This document shows positions 11,668-26,110 of a stretch of DNA of 64,000 nucleotides, piece by piece (position 1 is the stretch's first letter; the number at the start of each line of letters is the position of its first letter). A program made the translations under genes and the position numbers. Source of the stretch: Azolla caroliniana. Lineage: Eukaryota > Plantae > Polypodiophyta. The stretch is from contig JBHGNT010000014.1 of NCBI GenBank assembly GCA_043228905.1, forward strand, positions 8,432,001 through 8,496,000, in the 5' to 3' direction. The notes under the pieces were generated by a model. The model searched no databases and had not been told where the DNA came from. It was given only the letters and a program-made list of their open reading frames with translations.

Positions 11668-14208
11668 ATGGAAAATCAATCGGAAACTAGCAACATGATG
11701 GCGATGTTCGTGCGGATGCTACAAGAACAACGCGCGAGGTCGGAGATTGCGGCGGCAGTAGAGCGGCTCGTGCAACGGAACAAGCAATTCAACGGGAAGG
11801 ATGTGTCGCGATATTTGCGGGATTACAAAGAGGAAATGCTGCGGTGCGGAATATCAGAAGGATTATAGGTGACATCCTTCAATCAGGTGGCTACGGACGA
11901 GCTTCAAGGGAGTATCCACGGGATATGACAACAAAATCTGACGTGGGAAGCATTTGAAGAAGTACTAAAGACCATGTTCGCCATCGAGGACTCCTCCAAG
12001 GCAACGTGGAGGGGATTCGAAGATTGGGTGGAAACGCCAGACAAGGGGCTGAAGGTGCTCGATGTGTTTTCGGCATTCGAAAGTTGGTTCAGGAGGTTGT
12101 CCGCAAGAGATCAAGCTATCCTCGCACCAGACAAAGTGATCATGTTCTTACGAGCTGTGGATGTCCGGGACCGGAAAGATCGTGGAATGCTTCTAAAGGA
12201 CACCACTACTGAGAGTGGCCTCACTAATACATGGGAAAACATGCGGGACATCATCGGGCGATACAAAAAGAGGGGGCAATGGCTTGGTAGTAAAGAAAAG
12301 AGGGTTTCAGAACCAATTCCGAAACCAAGATCCGGATTGGAACACCATCAACCGTGGGCTCGGGAGACTACGATTGAGAAGGGAATCGATGCAACCATGG
12401 TGGAGCAGTTGCTGAAGGAGATGGAGAATCTCAAAATCGCGATGGTGAAGAAGTCGGATGACCATCCCACAAGTTCCAAGTATATGGACTGTCGATGCAT
12501 ATGGTGCGATATCACCGAACATGATCGGAGGGATTGTGACGAGCACAAGGAGGTGCTACGACGGGACCTTTTCTACTACGAGGGAAATCAGATTCATTCG
12601 ATAGACTCTCGGAAGCCACTCCGACCGAACTTCCGGAAAGGTGGCATGAAGAAGGTCCTAGAGGAGGAAATAACGGCGAAAAGCAATTATGCGGCAACCG
12701 CGGGGATATGTGTTGAGAAATCGATGCGGAATAGATCACAATAAATGAACTACGCTCTGAAATACGAATCACAAGAATACACCAGAAAAGACAAGATAAA
12801 TAGATGTACACAGAGATTTACGTGGAAACCCTAAAACGGGGAAAACCACGAGAACAGAACTTCACTATACAAATAGTGGATATACACCAGCGAGAAGGTT
12901 ACAACACTCTCTCGAGTGTTTTAGCCACGTAGGGGTCTTCGCGTCTACTGTTACAAACACAATTATGGCGGCGGCTCACGCTTCTTCTCTCTCTCATTCT
13001 AACTTAGTTTGTCTCTGTTTATACATTAAAGTTTGCCCTAGTTACATATATACTTATGCAACTTTCAGACTATTTACAAATATAGTCTCCCGAGTTGGCT
13101 ATATACACGATTCTAGTTTTGACCGAGTCCCTCATCAACTCGACTCCTGTTTTTCCGATTGTCGACCTTTCCAAATAGTCGGATCTTCCTCCCACTGGAG
13201 GGACAAATTACCAACAATGTGTGGCTGAGTCCTCTGGAGCAAAGGCATCTTTTTGGCCGGAAGTGCAAGAAATCTTGAAGAAAGCTGACCTTGATGAAAT
13301 CCGGAGCGCCGCGGAAGGTATCCGGGAAGCTACGGGATGGGCGTGCCTTGTAGATAAGAATAACGTACATGAGCTATGTCAATTGCATGAAGTGTATGTA
13401 GATGAGAAACGACGGCGCACAGATGATGCGGCTCAAAGACGCCGGAGAGCTGGAACTCCGAAGGGAAGGGGAAAGGAAAAACAATTCTGGCATTCAAAAT
13501 CGCTTCGGACATCGAGCAACGAACGGACTTAAAAAAAGTGTTCAAGGAGAGAATCCTCAATAGCCGGGTAGATTTTTCGCTTCGGGAATTACTTAGAATA
13601 GCGAAGGAGTTCCACGATCTTCTTGTGGATCTTGTGAAGAGAAAAAGACAAAATATGGAGGAAAATGCTTCAAGGTGAATGCAAATACAATTCTAATGAT
13701 TGACACCAAAGTGGAGGATGAAATTCCGAACTCCCACTACACAAGGCCACACTGGGCACGCGCAACTACGGAGACTCCGGTCCGAATCGGAAACATCAAG
13801 GAGCCCGTACTAGCATTGATTGATCGCGGAACGGAGATCAATTTGATGTCCAAGGAGTTCTATCGGAAGGGGAAGTGGCCTATTAACACTAATCATGGAT
13901 GGAAGATCCGAGCAACCACTAAAACAACGGAAGATTTATTTGCGGCTTGTTCGGATGTGACGGTGAAGATTGGAGATGTGGAGATTGACCAAAATTTCTT
14001 CGTGCAAGATGAGGTCTCACACTCCGTGATCCTCAGACAACCCTTTATCACGGCTTCACGGATGGAGACAAAGGTGCTCGATAGTGGAGCGGCTTTTGCA
14101 CGAATTCGGAGCCAAAACGGAGGGAAAACCGTCCAATTCCTAACCATGCCATCAAATCACGAAAGGAACAAGAGAGACCTCTTGTCCCAAACAAAAATGG
14201 ATTTTTAA
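11668..14208 (+). pseudogene. gag: gag-protease ORF1 of element C (split by a solo LTR)
   Basis: Knuckle CIWCDITEHDRRDC, protease ALIDRGTEINLM, ending ...KMDF*. Confidence 0.85.
12711..13216 (-). mobile_element. Solo LTR of the F/I/K copia family inserted in gag of C
   Basis: TGTTG...CAACA termini with flanks ATATG/ATGTG. Shares the GTGGTTTTCCCC...AGGGTTTCCACGTAAA block with the LTRs at 33088, 38495 and 55114. Confidence 0.85.
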
Positions 14209-17200
14209 ATCAGACTATTGCAAAGTGGGGAAGTGATAGTCCGAGAAGCACTAATATCCCACACAGGAAGAAACCTCTCGGAGCAAAACAAGTACGAATT
14301 GGTCCAGATGGGGCATCTATGTACACGGCCGTAACTGGAGTAATGAAGGAAGAATTCCGAAAGGTGCAAGATGAGTTACGGTCTGCATCAATAATAAAAG
14401 AAGACGAAGAAATTGTGGGAGTAGTCGAAGAAGTGTTCTATGGGAACACACTACAACGGCTTGAAGAGCTTGCAGAAGAAAATAGTTAGGGAGACCGGGT
14501 AGTTCCGGTGGAATCGGTCAAGATGTACGAAATCATTGCAAAAATGGGGCCGGATGCGCTCCGCAAAGAAGAAGCAATGGTATGTACGAAATATAAGACC
14601 GTGGAAAAGAAGGTGAAACTGGCCATGGGACCGTTGCCCCCCGATAGCGAACAAAAGATGAAAGAAGTCTCGGGAGATCCGACACTTTGGAAGTCCGTGG
14701 ATATCGGACGTGCCTTCACGGATGAGACTCGGAAGAAACTTCGGATCAGTGGAGGTGGGTTCCTCTCACAAAATGAAGAAGAACGGTTTCGTTAGATGTT
14801 GGAGCAGCATGGAAGAGCATTTGCATTCACATCGAAGGAGATAGGGTGTGCTGACCCGAAGATAGTGGAATCGATGGTGATCTTCATGATTGATCATGTG
14901 CCGTGGAACCTGAAGCCAATTCGGGTGCCATAGGCGCATATTCCGAAAATCATTGACTTGCTCAAGGAGAAGGTGGCGATGGGGATTCTAGATCCATCCA
15001 ATGCTCCATACTCAAATCGATGGTTTACGGTTCCGAAGAAGAATGGGTCACTCCGATTTATTCAAGATTTGCAACCGGTGAACAAGGTCACGATCCGGAA
15101 CTCCGGAGTCGGTCCAATAGTGGACGAATTTGCGGAAGCGTTTGCAAGTCGCGCGATATACTCCATCGGAGACCTATACTCCGGGTATGACCAATTCCAA
15201 CTAGCCGTGGAGAGCCGAGACATCACTACCATGCAAACGCCAATAGGATTAGTCTGGATATGCACGCTACCACAAGGCGCGAAGAACTCGGTTGCACATA
15301 TGATGAATGCAATGAACAAGGTGCTTTGGGACTGCATTCCGGAGATAACGATGCCGTTCCTAGATGACATTCCGATAAACGGATGTGCGGTGGAAGAAAA
15401 AGATGAGACTATGGATGATCGGGGATGCCGAAAGTTCGTAGTCGACCATATTCGCGATTGCGAGAAAGTGTTACGGAAGTTAGAAGATGTGCACCTAACA
15501 CTTACCGGAGAGAAATTGGCATTTGGACAAGAAGAGATATTGGTAGTCAAACATCTATGTGGGCCCTACGGTTGAAGACCGTCGCCAGTCAAGATCAATG
15601 CGATTCAACCTATGAAAGAAATATGTGAGTCACAATCCGAAGTCCTTAGATTTCTTCGGGCATGTGCATTCTATCACATATGGATTCCGCACTATGCACA
15701 CATTGTGAACCCACTCTATCACTTGTTGCGGAAGGGGAAGAAGTTTGAGTGGAAACCGGAACATACCAATGCCGTGAAGAAGCTCAAGAAATCACTACAG
15801 AGGGAAGAAGCACTTAAGAAGCCGAACTATGACCGACCGATTATAGTAACAGTTGATACAAGTCCAACCGGGATCGGATGGGTCATCAATCAAGCCGATT
15901 CGGATGGTTCACGATATCCGATCCGATTCAGAGCAAAGGTTCTCAACGAAAGGCAATGCGGATATGCACAAGTTAAAAGAGAATTATGGGGAGTCGTGTC
16001 GGCGATAAAATCAGATTGAGATTACTTGATTGGAGCCAAAGTAGTGATCGAAACGGATTGTTTTCCGATACTCTGGATGATGCGGTGTTGCACGATACCG
16101 GATGTGGATATGCTAAGATGGATTGCATATGTAAAGTCGCTTAATCCGGAGATACGACACATCTCCGGAAAAGACAACGCAGTAGCGGATATGCTATCAA
16201 GGGCATGGTTCGGAGACGACATAGCCGAATCTGATAATGAAGAAGTTTCCGAAAACTACTTTACTTCGGAGCACATATGCTGGGTGAACGTAATCTGAGA
16301 ATTCCGGGAAGAAGAATATGAGGGAGAAAGTTTGCTGATCAGGAAAGTGCTACAAGAAATCGAGGAATCATCGGACAATAAAGAAAAGAGAGCCGAGATC
16401 TGAAGTAAGAAGCGGCAAGTCCAGAAGTTTTTCTTAAACAATGGATTAATCTGGAGGAAGCCGAAAAGACCGGATGGCATACCACTATGGGTAGTTGGAA
16501 CAAAAGAGAAGAAACTGGATAATATCCAAATTTCACGAATCCGATTGGGCCGGACATTGGGGAACATGGGCAACATTCGCGAAGATCAAACAAAAATATT
16601 GGTGGAAGAATATGTACAAAGAAGTAGCGGAATTCGCGGAAAGCTGTGAGAAATGTCAAATCTACTCCGGAGTTCGACACCGAGATGAATTACATCTGAC
16701 ATTCTCACCAACAATCAACTTCAAATGGATGGTCGACATTGTGGCCATGCCAATCGGGATCGGCCAAAAGAAGTACTTGGTGTTAGCTCGAGAAGATCTG
16801 ACAAACCAAGTAGAAGGACGGGCACTACGGAGAAAAACATGTTCCACAATATCCAATTTCTCTTGGAAGAAGTGTTCTGCGGGTACGGGTGCGTCGGACA
16901 AGTGATTGCAGATTGGGGAGAACTTGACACTGATAAAGCTAGGGAATTCTTCGTTAGACATGGACTACGGTTAACACTAACCACGGCATACAATCCGGAA
17001 GCCAATGGGAAGATCGAACGAGGACATAGTCCAATCGTCAAAGCACTTGCAAAAGTATGCGACGGAAGGGTGAAGGATTGGCTGTAGATGCTTTCGTATG
17101 CACTATGGGCGGATCACACAACGCATAGTTCCGTGACCGGTTATATGCCAGCCGAACTTATGACTGAACAAGCATCGGTAATGCCGACGGAAACCGCGAT

Positions 17201-17711
17201 TACAACATGGACAATGCTACCGTGGAAGGAAGAAATGAGCCGGGAAGAACTACTAGCGGTCTGGATACAACAACTAGAGGGAAGACCGGAAGACATAGTG
17301 GAAGCAACACGCCGACAACAGGAAGCGCGATTCCGAAACAAAAGTCGATTCGACACAAAGCATCGACTATGACCACGGAAGATTGAAGAAGGATATTGGG
17401 TGATTATCTATGACAGTAGTTTGGATCATCAACATACAACAATACGGTAGTTCGCTAAAAGGTGGTTTGAGCCATACGAGTTTTGGAAAGTTTTCAACAA
17501 CGGAACTTACTGACTATGTGAGTTGGATGGAACAATACTACGGGTGCCTATAGCGGGGAAACGGTTGAAGAGTTTCAAGAAGCGGACTGACGACAAACCT
17601 TATGTAAGCTTAGACAAGACTGACAAGGAGGAGCAATCGGACAAAGATCGCGGTGATGCGGAAAACGAAGAAAGTGGACATAAGTGGAGAATCAGAGAGT
17701 GCTATGGATGA
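14199..17711 (+). pseudogene. pol: pol (RT-RNaseH-INT) of element C
   Basis: Fragmented ORFs from 14508 to 17711 carry RT, RH and integrase motifs. Confidence 0.9.
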
Positions 17712-17777
17712 AGGCGAATAACAAGCATCGGGAACTTCAACACATACTAGAGGATGTGCGGGTTCGGAGGGGGCGAA

Positions 17778-18427
17778 TGTCGTAGTGTATTTCGTACACT
17801 ACGTGAAAAACATATATAGTATTCGATTAAATAAATATGAAGAAATAGAAGAAAATGTTAAAATAGGTGATACATGCATAGGGCAAGATTTGAACCTTGT
17901 ACCTCCATGTTAACGATTTTAAGCCTTACTATTGTACTAGTATATTATGAGTTTTTAAAGTTATGCTAAACTTTATCCCATGTAAATATTCTAGATAAGC
18001 ATGATAGAAAAAGTTATCCATGCATACACACTCGAGTTAAAAGCAAAGATGTGATAGAAAGCTAATCATGCACATGTAGTGTGCATGAAAACTAAAGTTA
18101 GAAAAAGCATGATGTTTGCAGGTGATAAACTTAGAATCTTCCATTACTATATAAGGGAGAGAGAAAGATGTATAGAGGTTGTTGATTTTTTATTATAAGG
18201 GTTGATTAATACAAAATATTCGTGGGGATTCACGATTTTGCCATCTAATTCTCTCTTACAATCTAAGTATCAATTAATACATTATACTCGTGGGATTCAC
18301 GAGTTTCATATCTCCATCTTGCAATCTATTCGTAACAAAATTTATCTCATATTCTTCTTCTCCTAGTCCAAAACCTCAGTGGTTCCCACCTGACTCACGC
18401 AACGATCTGGCGCCGAAAGGCACGACA
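17778..18427 (+). repeat. 3' LTR of element C
   Basis: TGTCGT...ACGACA, located after the PPT GGAGGGGGCGAA. Confidence 0.93.
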
Positions 18428-21400
18428 ACGTGATACGTGTGAAAGTGAGTAGTGACTCTCGATGTTCAAGAACTTTACCAATGAATGTAGCAATCGAGAG
18501 TGCACATTGTGGTTGTGAGAGGAATTCATGCAAGGATTGGGCTCGGTCGAAGAGATGTGGAAAGCATGGTCGAATATGATCAAAGGCAGAACATTGTATC
18601 AAAGTGTGATACTCAGACTCGCGAACTTGTTTAGGGCAAAGTGTGCATAGCCGACCACTCTCATCACTTGTGCCCCAACGCCTTGTCTCACATCGCAATG
18701 CATGTGAGCTAAGTCGCATGCAAGCAATGGTTCGAATGGCAGATAACGGTATGGGCTCTAACATGTATTGATGTGTACAGTTTCCCCGTTCCGCAAAGAA
18801 TATGGTTTTGTAGTTAGGTGCAACATGTGTAGTATAATGTGTAAAGCATGAGCCTCCACATTTGTCCCATGTCATGATACATTGGCATTGCAAAAAGGCC
18901 TCATTTACAGAGGAATCTAATGATGCATCATGAAGCAAGTGTCTGGCATCCCATCTAGCAAACCATTTTTCTATATCTTGCATCCAACTGGAACACAAAA
19001 TTTTGCTTTTATGCGTCTTTTGGATCTTTTTGCTTGCTTCCCATGCAATTCTAGGAAGTCAATGTGAGGGAATTTTTTGAACCTTAAGCATGTATTCAAC
19101 AACCCTTTCTGTGGCCATGATCTCAATGGGAAGCGATCCCGTCTCAAGGAAGAGGAGGGTGTAGGGCGTTTGTTTCTTAACTTGTAGAAACTTTGTCAGA
19201 AAATATTTTTGGACATTTTCAAACTCTTTCCACATAGATTTAGGGATGCTACCGCTCCATACTTCCACCCCATAGAGAAGAACCTGTGTCAGCAAAGTGT
19301 CGAAAATATATTTCTTGAGGACCCAACACTTAATATCTCCAAGATTGCATGTGTTCTCAAATGCATAGTATGCTCGCTTACCCACCTCTAAGCGGCGTGT
19401 AGGACATTCATTCCATATATGATTAGAAGGAACTTCAAGGCCAAGATATTTGAAGCTTTCCACACATTCAAGTGCTCATTGTTGTACGTAATGCATGGTT
19501 TATCTCTTTTTTGGCTCTTCACAAGAATAATCTTTGTTTTAGAGCTATTGACACTTAATTTAGTATGCATGCAAATTTTTTCCAATGCTTTCATAAGCTT
19601 TTGTGCATCTCCTAAATTATTTGCAAAAAGCACTACATCATCTGCATATAGTAAAAGCATAATAACAACATTCCGAATGACAACTTCTTCAACACATTCT
19701 TCCTTTGCAAACTTAGTAACCATTTCTTCCAATTCATCAATGCATAGACCAAATAGTGTTGGTGAGAGTGGGCATCCTTGCTTAACACCAATAGTACTTT
19801 TGAAAAAATCTGAAAGTTTTTCTCTCATGCGCATACAACATATAACCTTCTCATAAATTCGGGAAATTGCAAGCATATATTCACTTGGCACCTCAAGTTC
19901 TTCCATTCGCCTCCAAAGATGCTCACGAGCTACCATATCAAAAGCTTTCTTGAAGTCTACAAAGGAACAATATAAACCTTCACCTCTAAGGCAACTTTCC
20001 TCCATTAATACTCGAAGGGTGACAAGGTGATCAATGGTGCTATGGTGACAAGCTTGTCCATAAGCTCTCTTACCATTTTTTTCAGCCCATGCACTTATCT
20101 TTGATTCCATTATACATCCAAACAATTTTTCCATTAATGAGACAACCATGATGGTTCAATAGTTGTTTACATTATTTATATCGCCACCTTTATGTAAAGG
20201 TTTGATCCAATTTGTAGTCTAATCGTACGACATACCATGTTGCAATGCATCATTAAACATATCTCTTATCCATACATGTGCTTCCTTTCCCATCCATTTG
20301 AGCATTTTAGCCTTTATACATTGAAGATCGCTTGCCTTTCGAAAGGCCCATTTCTTAAGTCCTATGCATATATCTTCAATTGTAAAGAAGGGAGACATAT
20401 GTGAAAGAGAACTATAACATATCATCTTTCCGGCAAGAGATAACTCATATAAATTCTTACAATGCATAGACAAGTCGTGAAGAGTTAAGTCACCATAACT
20501 CTCAACACTTTTCCCCTTTAGATTTCCCCAAAATTTGTCACATGCATGTGCTTTCTCTTGCATTTGGATAAATTGTTGAGTAACTTCCCATATTCTTCTC
20601 TTTCTTTGAATAAGCCTTTTATACTCATGCAAATGCTTTTGGTAATTCTCTTTATCCTTAACTACATCCAAAACCATAAGGCACTTTCGAGCTTCATGAC
20701 ATTCTTTATCAAACCAGTTTTTCCTAAGTTTCTTGAGGCATTTCCAAGATGTGCGGTTGGTCGAAAAACATTTGTTTGTACAGGAGAGAATGACTTTCTT
20801 GAAAGCTTCCCATTTACATTCTGGTGTGGCACCATGTTGTATCTTTGTCATTTGTAACATATCCTCAACCATCTTGGAATACATGGGCGCTCGCTTAAGG
20901 TTCATGGTCAAGTGCGGTTGTTTATTATCTTCAATAGACATCTCACAATCAAACCTATGCATACATTTGAGATCAATACATAAAGGTCTATTATCGGATT
21001 TTGGTGTCCAGTCACCAAGTGAGAATTTATGTATACGATCCAAAATACCTTTGGAAAGTAGCACATACTCAATCACACTATTTCCGTTGTGTTTTCTACA
21101 TGTAAAAGCATTAGTGTTGGGCCATAAGGAAATACCATTTGCAATAAGCAATCTGGTACTATTGCACATTTGTAGGAGTAACTTCCCAAATTGGTCTGGA
21201 TCTTTTTCATCGCAAGAAGAGCGGCTATACATTTGCATATCCTCTTGCATCCTTGAGATATGTGGCATGAAAGATTCTTGTGAATCAAGTTGGAAACTTC
21301 TTGTATGAGCATTCATGTCACCAAAGATAATAACTTCCCCTTTGGATTTGAAATAAGCAATATCATCTTCTAGATTGGCGAAAGGTTGATCTTTATCCAA

Positions 21401-21784
21401 ACAAGCATAAAAGTTAGAATCTTGATGAGCAATGTAACATCCAACTACAAAAGTGGGCAAATCATTAGGTGTTTCTATTTTGAGCCATATGTAGCATTTA
21501 TGTTCATCATTTTTTATGATTGACACATATTTCTCTATTTCCTTCTTAATCAAACATGCCACCCCTCCTTGTCCTCTTCTTTGTCTTGGATTTTTCTTCC
21601 ATATCAAAGAGTGTACATTATACTTTCATAAACCTTGAATCCTTTGAGTATCATGCTCCCATGTTTCAACAAGAAGTGTGATATCCGAGTCATCGGTGAA
21701 CTCCTCTATGCCAAATCCCGCATTCCATGGGTATCCATTGCAATTCCAAAAAGCATAGTCGTAAAAGGCGTGGGTTAGTCTCAT
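18428..21784 (-). pseudogene. LINE ORF2 (APE endonuclease, RT, Zn-finger tail)
   Basis: The ATG at 21784 is in frame with ORF 20219-21607. Motifs FWNCNG, LVETW, FGDMNA, FVDFKKAFD, GVKQGCPLSP, LLYADD, FKYLG and RLSSHALRCE..RLC..C..E.EYH...C. Confidence 0.9.
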
Positions 21785-21929
21785 AGGTTTCGTGTCCCTA
21801 TTTGCCTACATTTCCATATTTAGGAACATCCTTAACCTTATTTTTCAATCTTTCTTCATATTCTTTACGATGAGCATTTTGTTGTGAGATAGTACGATCT
21901 TCACTCACAAAGCATTGTGTACCTTTGAG

Positions 21930-22589
21930 CTATACCCAACTATTGTCGAGTATGATCCACCGCTTTGTATCATCTGTCATTGTGCATACAATAGGCCTTT
22001 CTACGGAACCGTTACGAGTAACACAATGTTTCCCAACTTGGTGTGCCCCATATACATTCACATATGACATCCCACAATGCATCCTAAAAAAATCACCAAT
22101 GGTCTTTCCTAGGGATGCGGGTGTTTCCATACTCTCTTCTTTAATCCCACGAACGACAATGTTCTTTGATCGTCGTTCACGTTCTTTCAATTCTCGGACA
22201 TCTATGCTTTCTATATTCTTCTCTTGATGCATCACATGCATATTAGATGAGTTTGATACCACATCCTCACCACATACATCGGCCCATGAATTCGTTGCAC
22301 ATACATTTTTCATCGCACTTACATCCCGCCTCATTGTGTCCAATTTTTCTTCTTTTAATGCTTCCTTTAACTCAATCTTGTTAAGGCACTCATTTGCTTC
22401 GAAAGAAGCTCTTTTACATGATTCTTGAATCTCTTCTTCAAGTTTTGCAACCACTTGCTTAAGACTTTCATTCTCAATGACAACATTTTGGAGCTTAGCA
22501 TTCTCTTTCATTAACGTCCTAATCTCTTCACCTTGCTTGTTTATGGTTTCTTGAAGAGAAATCAAGTGACTCATAAGCAATTTGTCCAT
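21930..22589 (-). pseudogene. LINE ORF1 (coiled coil plus RRM-like region); probably extended further before a premature stop
   Basis: Heptad-rich N-terminus followed by ERERRSKNIVVRGIKEE, typical of LINE ORF1. Confidence 0.75.
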
Positions 22590-22725
22590 TGCATTGGAAT
22601 CGAGATTTGTTGGTACCCAAACTTTGTGGTGGCTTTACGAGTGTTTGCCATTATAGGGACAAATAGTACGGGAGGGAGAGAGAATGTACCTTTCACTCAA
22701 TTTAGGGCTTCAAAATCTACCTTGC

Positions 22726-22729
<4 letters not shown>

Positions 22730-22760
<31 letters not shown>
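22730..22760. repeat. (GA)n microsatellite at the LINE / copia-LTR junction
   Basis: Directly visible, about 15 units. Confidence 0.95.
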
Positions 22761-22763
<3 letters not shown>

Positions 22764-23521
22764 ACAATATATATAGAAAACAAGAAAACTGTATTAACAA
22801 GAATAACAATGACCAACAAACAATTACAAAGAAGAGAAGAAGGTGATTATGTAGTCACCGTCTGTCTACATTCTCGTACTACCACTATTTCTTGGAAAGA
22901 GGTGGAGACTTAACTACCTCTTCTATGACACATTAGTTATGATACAAAGGAGGTGGGATGTTTACACACTTTGTATTCCTAAGGTCTATTCCCACACTAG
23001 GGAAGTTGAGTTTGATTCTCAACACGCCCCCTCAAACACAACTTCCAGTAGGCTTCGAGTCAGCTCCAACTGGTCTTCGGAATGGCTTGGAGTAAGCTCC
23101 GACTTCTGTGTTCGTTCTGCTCCGTTCGACTTAGTGTCAGACAACTCCTTATCCATACTCCCCCTCAAGCTCTGCTGGTCAACAATGGAAAGAACTAGGT
23201 TCATTGTGAATTATCATAGCTTGTCGGCTCCAAGGGCCTTCGTGAAGATGTTCGCCATTTGCAGATTCATACTAATGGGTTGCAAGTCGACATCTTCGGC
23301 CAATACATGTTCTCGGATGAAATGATAGTGCACCTCGATGTGCTTCGTCTGAGTGTGAAAAAAGGGTTCCAACCTAGATGAATACTGCTCATGTTCTCGC
23401 AGTGGAGGAGAATTGGAGATCCGCGATGGGAACACCCAAATCCTTCAATATTCGTTTAAGCCAAACAGCTTCACATGCAGCAATTTCTACGCCCCCGTAT
23501 TCAGCCTCTATGTTTGACAGT
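22761..23521 (-). mobile_element. Ty1/copia 3' fragment E (RNase H end, short tail, PPT, partial 3' LTR)
   Basis: TKHIEVHYHFIRE and QMANIFTK. TTGAGGGGGCG|TGTTGAG marks the LTR start at 23024. Confidence 0.85.
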
Positions 23522-25951
23522 GCCCTACCGGACAACTGGGAGAATCTAGTGGTGACTCTCAACACCTTGTGCTAGGAAGAGAACTTGTCTAGATACAAGT
23601 GGTAAAGACAAGCATCTTGAAAGAGGAGACTAGAAGGAAGGACAAGGGTGTCTTGGTCTAGTCGGAGTCAAATTTGACTCAACATACCGGCAGAGGAAGG
23701 GTCCAGCAAAGGAGTCCACGAAGGAGAGAAAAGTCCTATGCTAGATCCAAGTCTAGCGGCAAGCTAACATGCTTCTACTGTAGAAAGCCTAAACAGTTCC
23801 AGAAAGACTGTCGACACCTGAAGAAGGACAAGAGTGTCGGCAATAATGTCGAACCCAGGAAGATTCTTGATGAAAAGGGCACATCAGTTGTAGCTACGAG
23901 TGTGGAAGAGATCTTGTTCATGTGTGAGCATGCAAACACAAATCTTGCGAGCGAAGAGTGCACCTGGGTACTCGACTTGGGTGCATCATTCCACATAACT
24001 CTGTCGAGAGAATATTTTTCGACTTACATAGCCGGGGATTATGGCCATGTAAAGATGGGAGATCAAGGAGAGTGCAAGATAGTCGGCATTGGAAGTGTGT
24101 GCCTAACGATGTTGACAAGGTGTCGGTTGACTCTAAAGGATGTTTGACACGTCCCCGATATCAGATTGAATCTGATATCGACTGGAAGGTTGGATGATGA
24201 AGGCTATAGTGGTAGCTTTTGAAATGGCAAGTGGAAGTTTTACCATGGAAACCTCATAGTGGCACAAGCAAAGAAAGAGGGCACATTGTATATGATGCAT
24301 GCCCGACTATGCAAGTCGGAAGTGAATGTGATAGCTGACTCGAGTGGAGAGTTATGCCATAAGAGGCTAGGCCACATGAGTGAAAAAGGAATGTACATCC
24401 TGGCCGGCCAGGAACTTCCCCTAGAAGTGAAGGGAATACACTTGGAGAAGTGTGTCGATTGCTTAGTCGGAAAGCAGAACCGAACGGCATTCCACACAAG
24501 GCCACCAAGAAGAAGAGAAGTTGCACTGGAACTAGTGCACACGGATGTGTGCTATGTAGATGCTCCATCGCATCAAGGTGGACAGTACTTCGTAACGTTT
24601 ATCGATGACTATAGTCGGAAGACATGGGACTTCGTACTAAAGTCAAAGGACCAATTATTGTCATTGTTCAAGGAGTTCCAGGCAAGAACTGAACGAGAGT
24701 TGGGTCACAAATTGAAGGTTGTCTGAACGACAATGGTGGCGAATATAAAGGGAAGTTCGAGGAATACTGCAAGGCCCAAGGTATTCGAATGGAATACACA
24801 GTGCCAAAGAACCCTGAGTTGAACAGGCTTGCAGAGAGGATGAATCAAACAATCAAGGGAAGAGTAAGGAGCATGTTGTTGCATGTCATGCTGCTGAAAA
24901 CGTATTGGGCTGAGGCGATGTACATGATTGTTTATTTGATCAACAGGTCTCCCTCAGTACCATTGAAAGTTGATGTCTCAAAGAGGGTGTGGGCAGGAAA
25001 GGATGTCTGCTACCGACACCTGAGGGTGTTCGGATGCATCAGAGGTCGAAGCTCGACAATAAGTTGAAGCCATGCATATTTATGGGATACTAAGAGGACA
25101 AGTTCGGCTACAAGCAGTGGGACTTAGTTGATAAGGAAGTAGTGAGGAGTCGGAACGTAGTCTTCTTGGAAGTCAAGACGATTGAGGACTAGAAGCAACA
25201 AAAGTTCGAATCAACTTCTCAGTCAACTCCCACTACCACCAACTTAAGACCAAGTGAACCGACAAAATCGGCTACTCGGAGATAGCCAGTCGGTAGCAAC
25301 CGACAAATACAGAAGAGTCAGAGTTGGCAGACCTATTGAAGCCGATCAAGGACTACTAGTTGAAATCGGCTAAATCCCAACGACCAATCGACACATATGA
25401 ATCTGAGCCGAGAGAAGAGTCAGAAGAGACATCCGAGTCGGAGCCAACGACGAATGGAAGGAGATACCCACTCAGAGAAAGGACAACACTGGCGACATAT
25501 GCCCGTCAATACATCCTCTTGACTGATGAAGATGAACTAGAGTGCTATAAAGAAGCCATTGCCGACAACCACAAGGAGAAATGGCATAGTGCAATGCAAG
25601 ACAAGATGGACTCCTTGCATGACAACTACACCTATGACCTGGTAGAGCTACGAAAAGGTATGAGAACACTCACAAATAAGTGGGTCTATAAGGTGAAGAC
25701 TAGAGAAGTCGATAGTGCACCCAGATATAAAGCCTGCATCGTGGTCAAAGGGTTTCAACAGAAACAGGGTGTCGACTTCGAAGAAATATTTGCACTAGTG
25801 GTGAAGATGGCATCCATCTGAATTGTTCAGAGCATTGCTATGACCATGGATCTGGAGATCGAATAGTTGGATGTCAAGAAAACATTCTTGCATGGGAGCT
25901 GGATGAAGAAATCGATATGCAACAGCCCAAAGGCTTTGTGGAGAAGGGAAA

Positions 25952-26053
25952 TGTAAAAGAATAGGTGTGCGGAAGCATATGCGAAAGACACAGAGTACAC
26001 GGTTCGGAAGTACGACAGTTCGGTAGAACGCAGAAATCACAGAGAAGGAGAGG

Positions 26054-26110
<57 letters not shown>

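Larger units (their letters stand above)
11085..18427 (+). mobile_element. Ty3/gypsy element C (non-chromovirus, tRNA-Trp primed); 5' LTR interrupted by B
   Basis: The LTR remnant 11085-11628 matches 17884-18427. PBS 11633-11650, PPT 17766-17777, then gag-PR followed by RT (MPFLDD), RH (VDTSPTG) and INT (YNPEANGKIER). Confidence 0.94.
18428..22729 (-). mobile_element. Non-LTR retrotransposon (LINE) D, two ORFs, near full length
   Basis: Coiled-coil ORF1 followed by ORF2 with APE endonuclease, RT and a C-terminal CCHC region. Confidence 0.93.

Noticed and set aside
12820-12850. Telomere-like AAACCCTA motif (also at ~33627 and ~39217)
   Set aside because: A single telo-box-like unit within a conserved LTR block, not an interstitial telomeric array.
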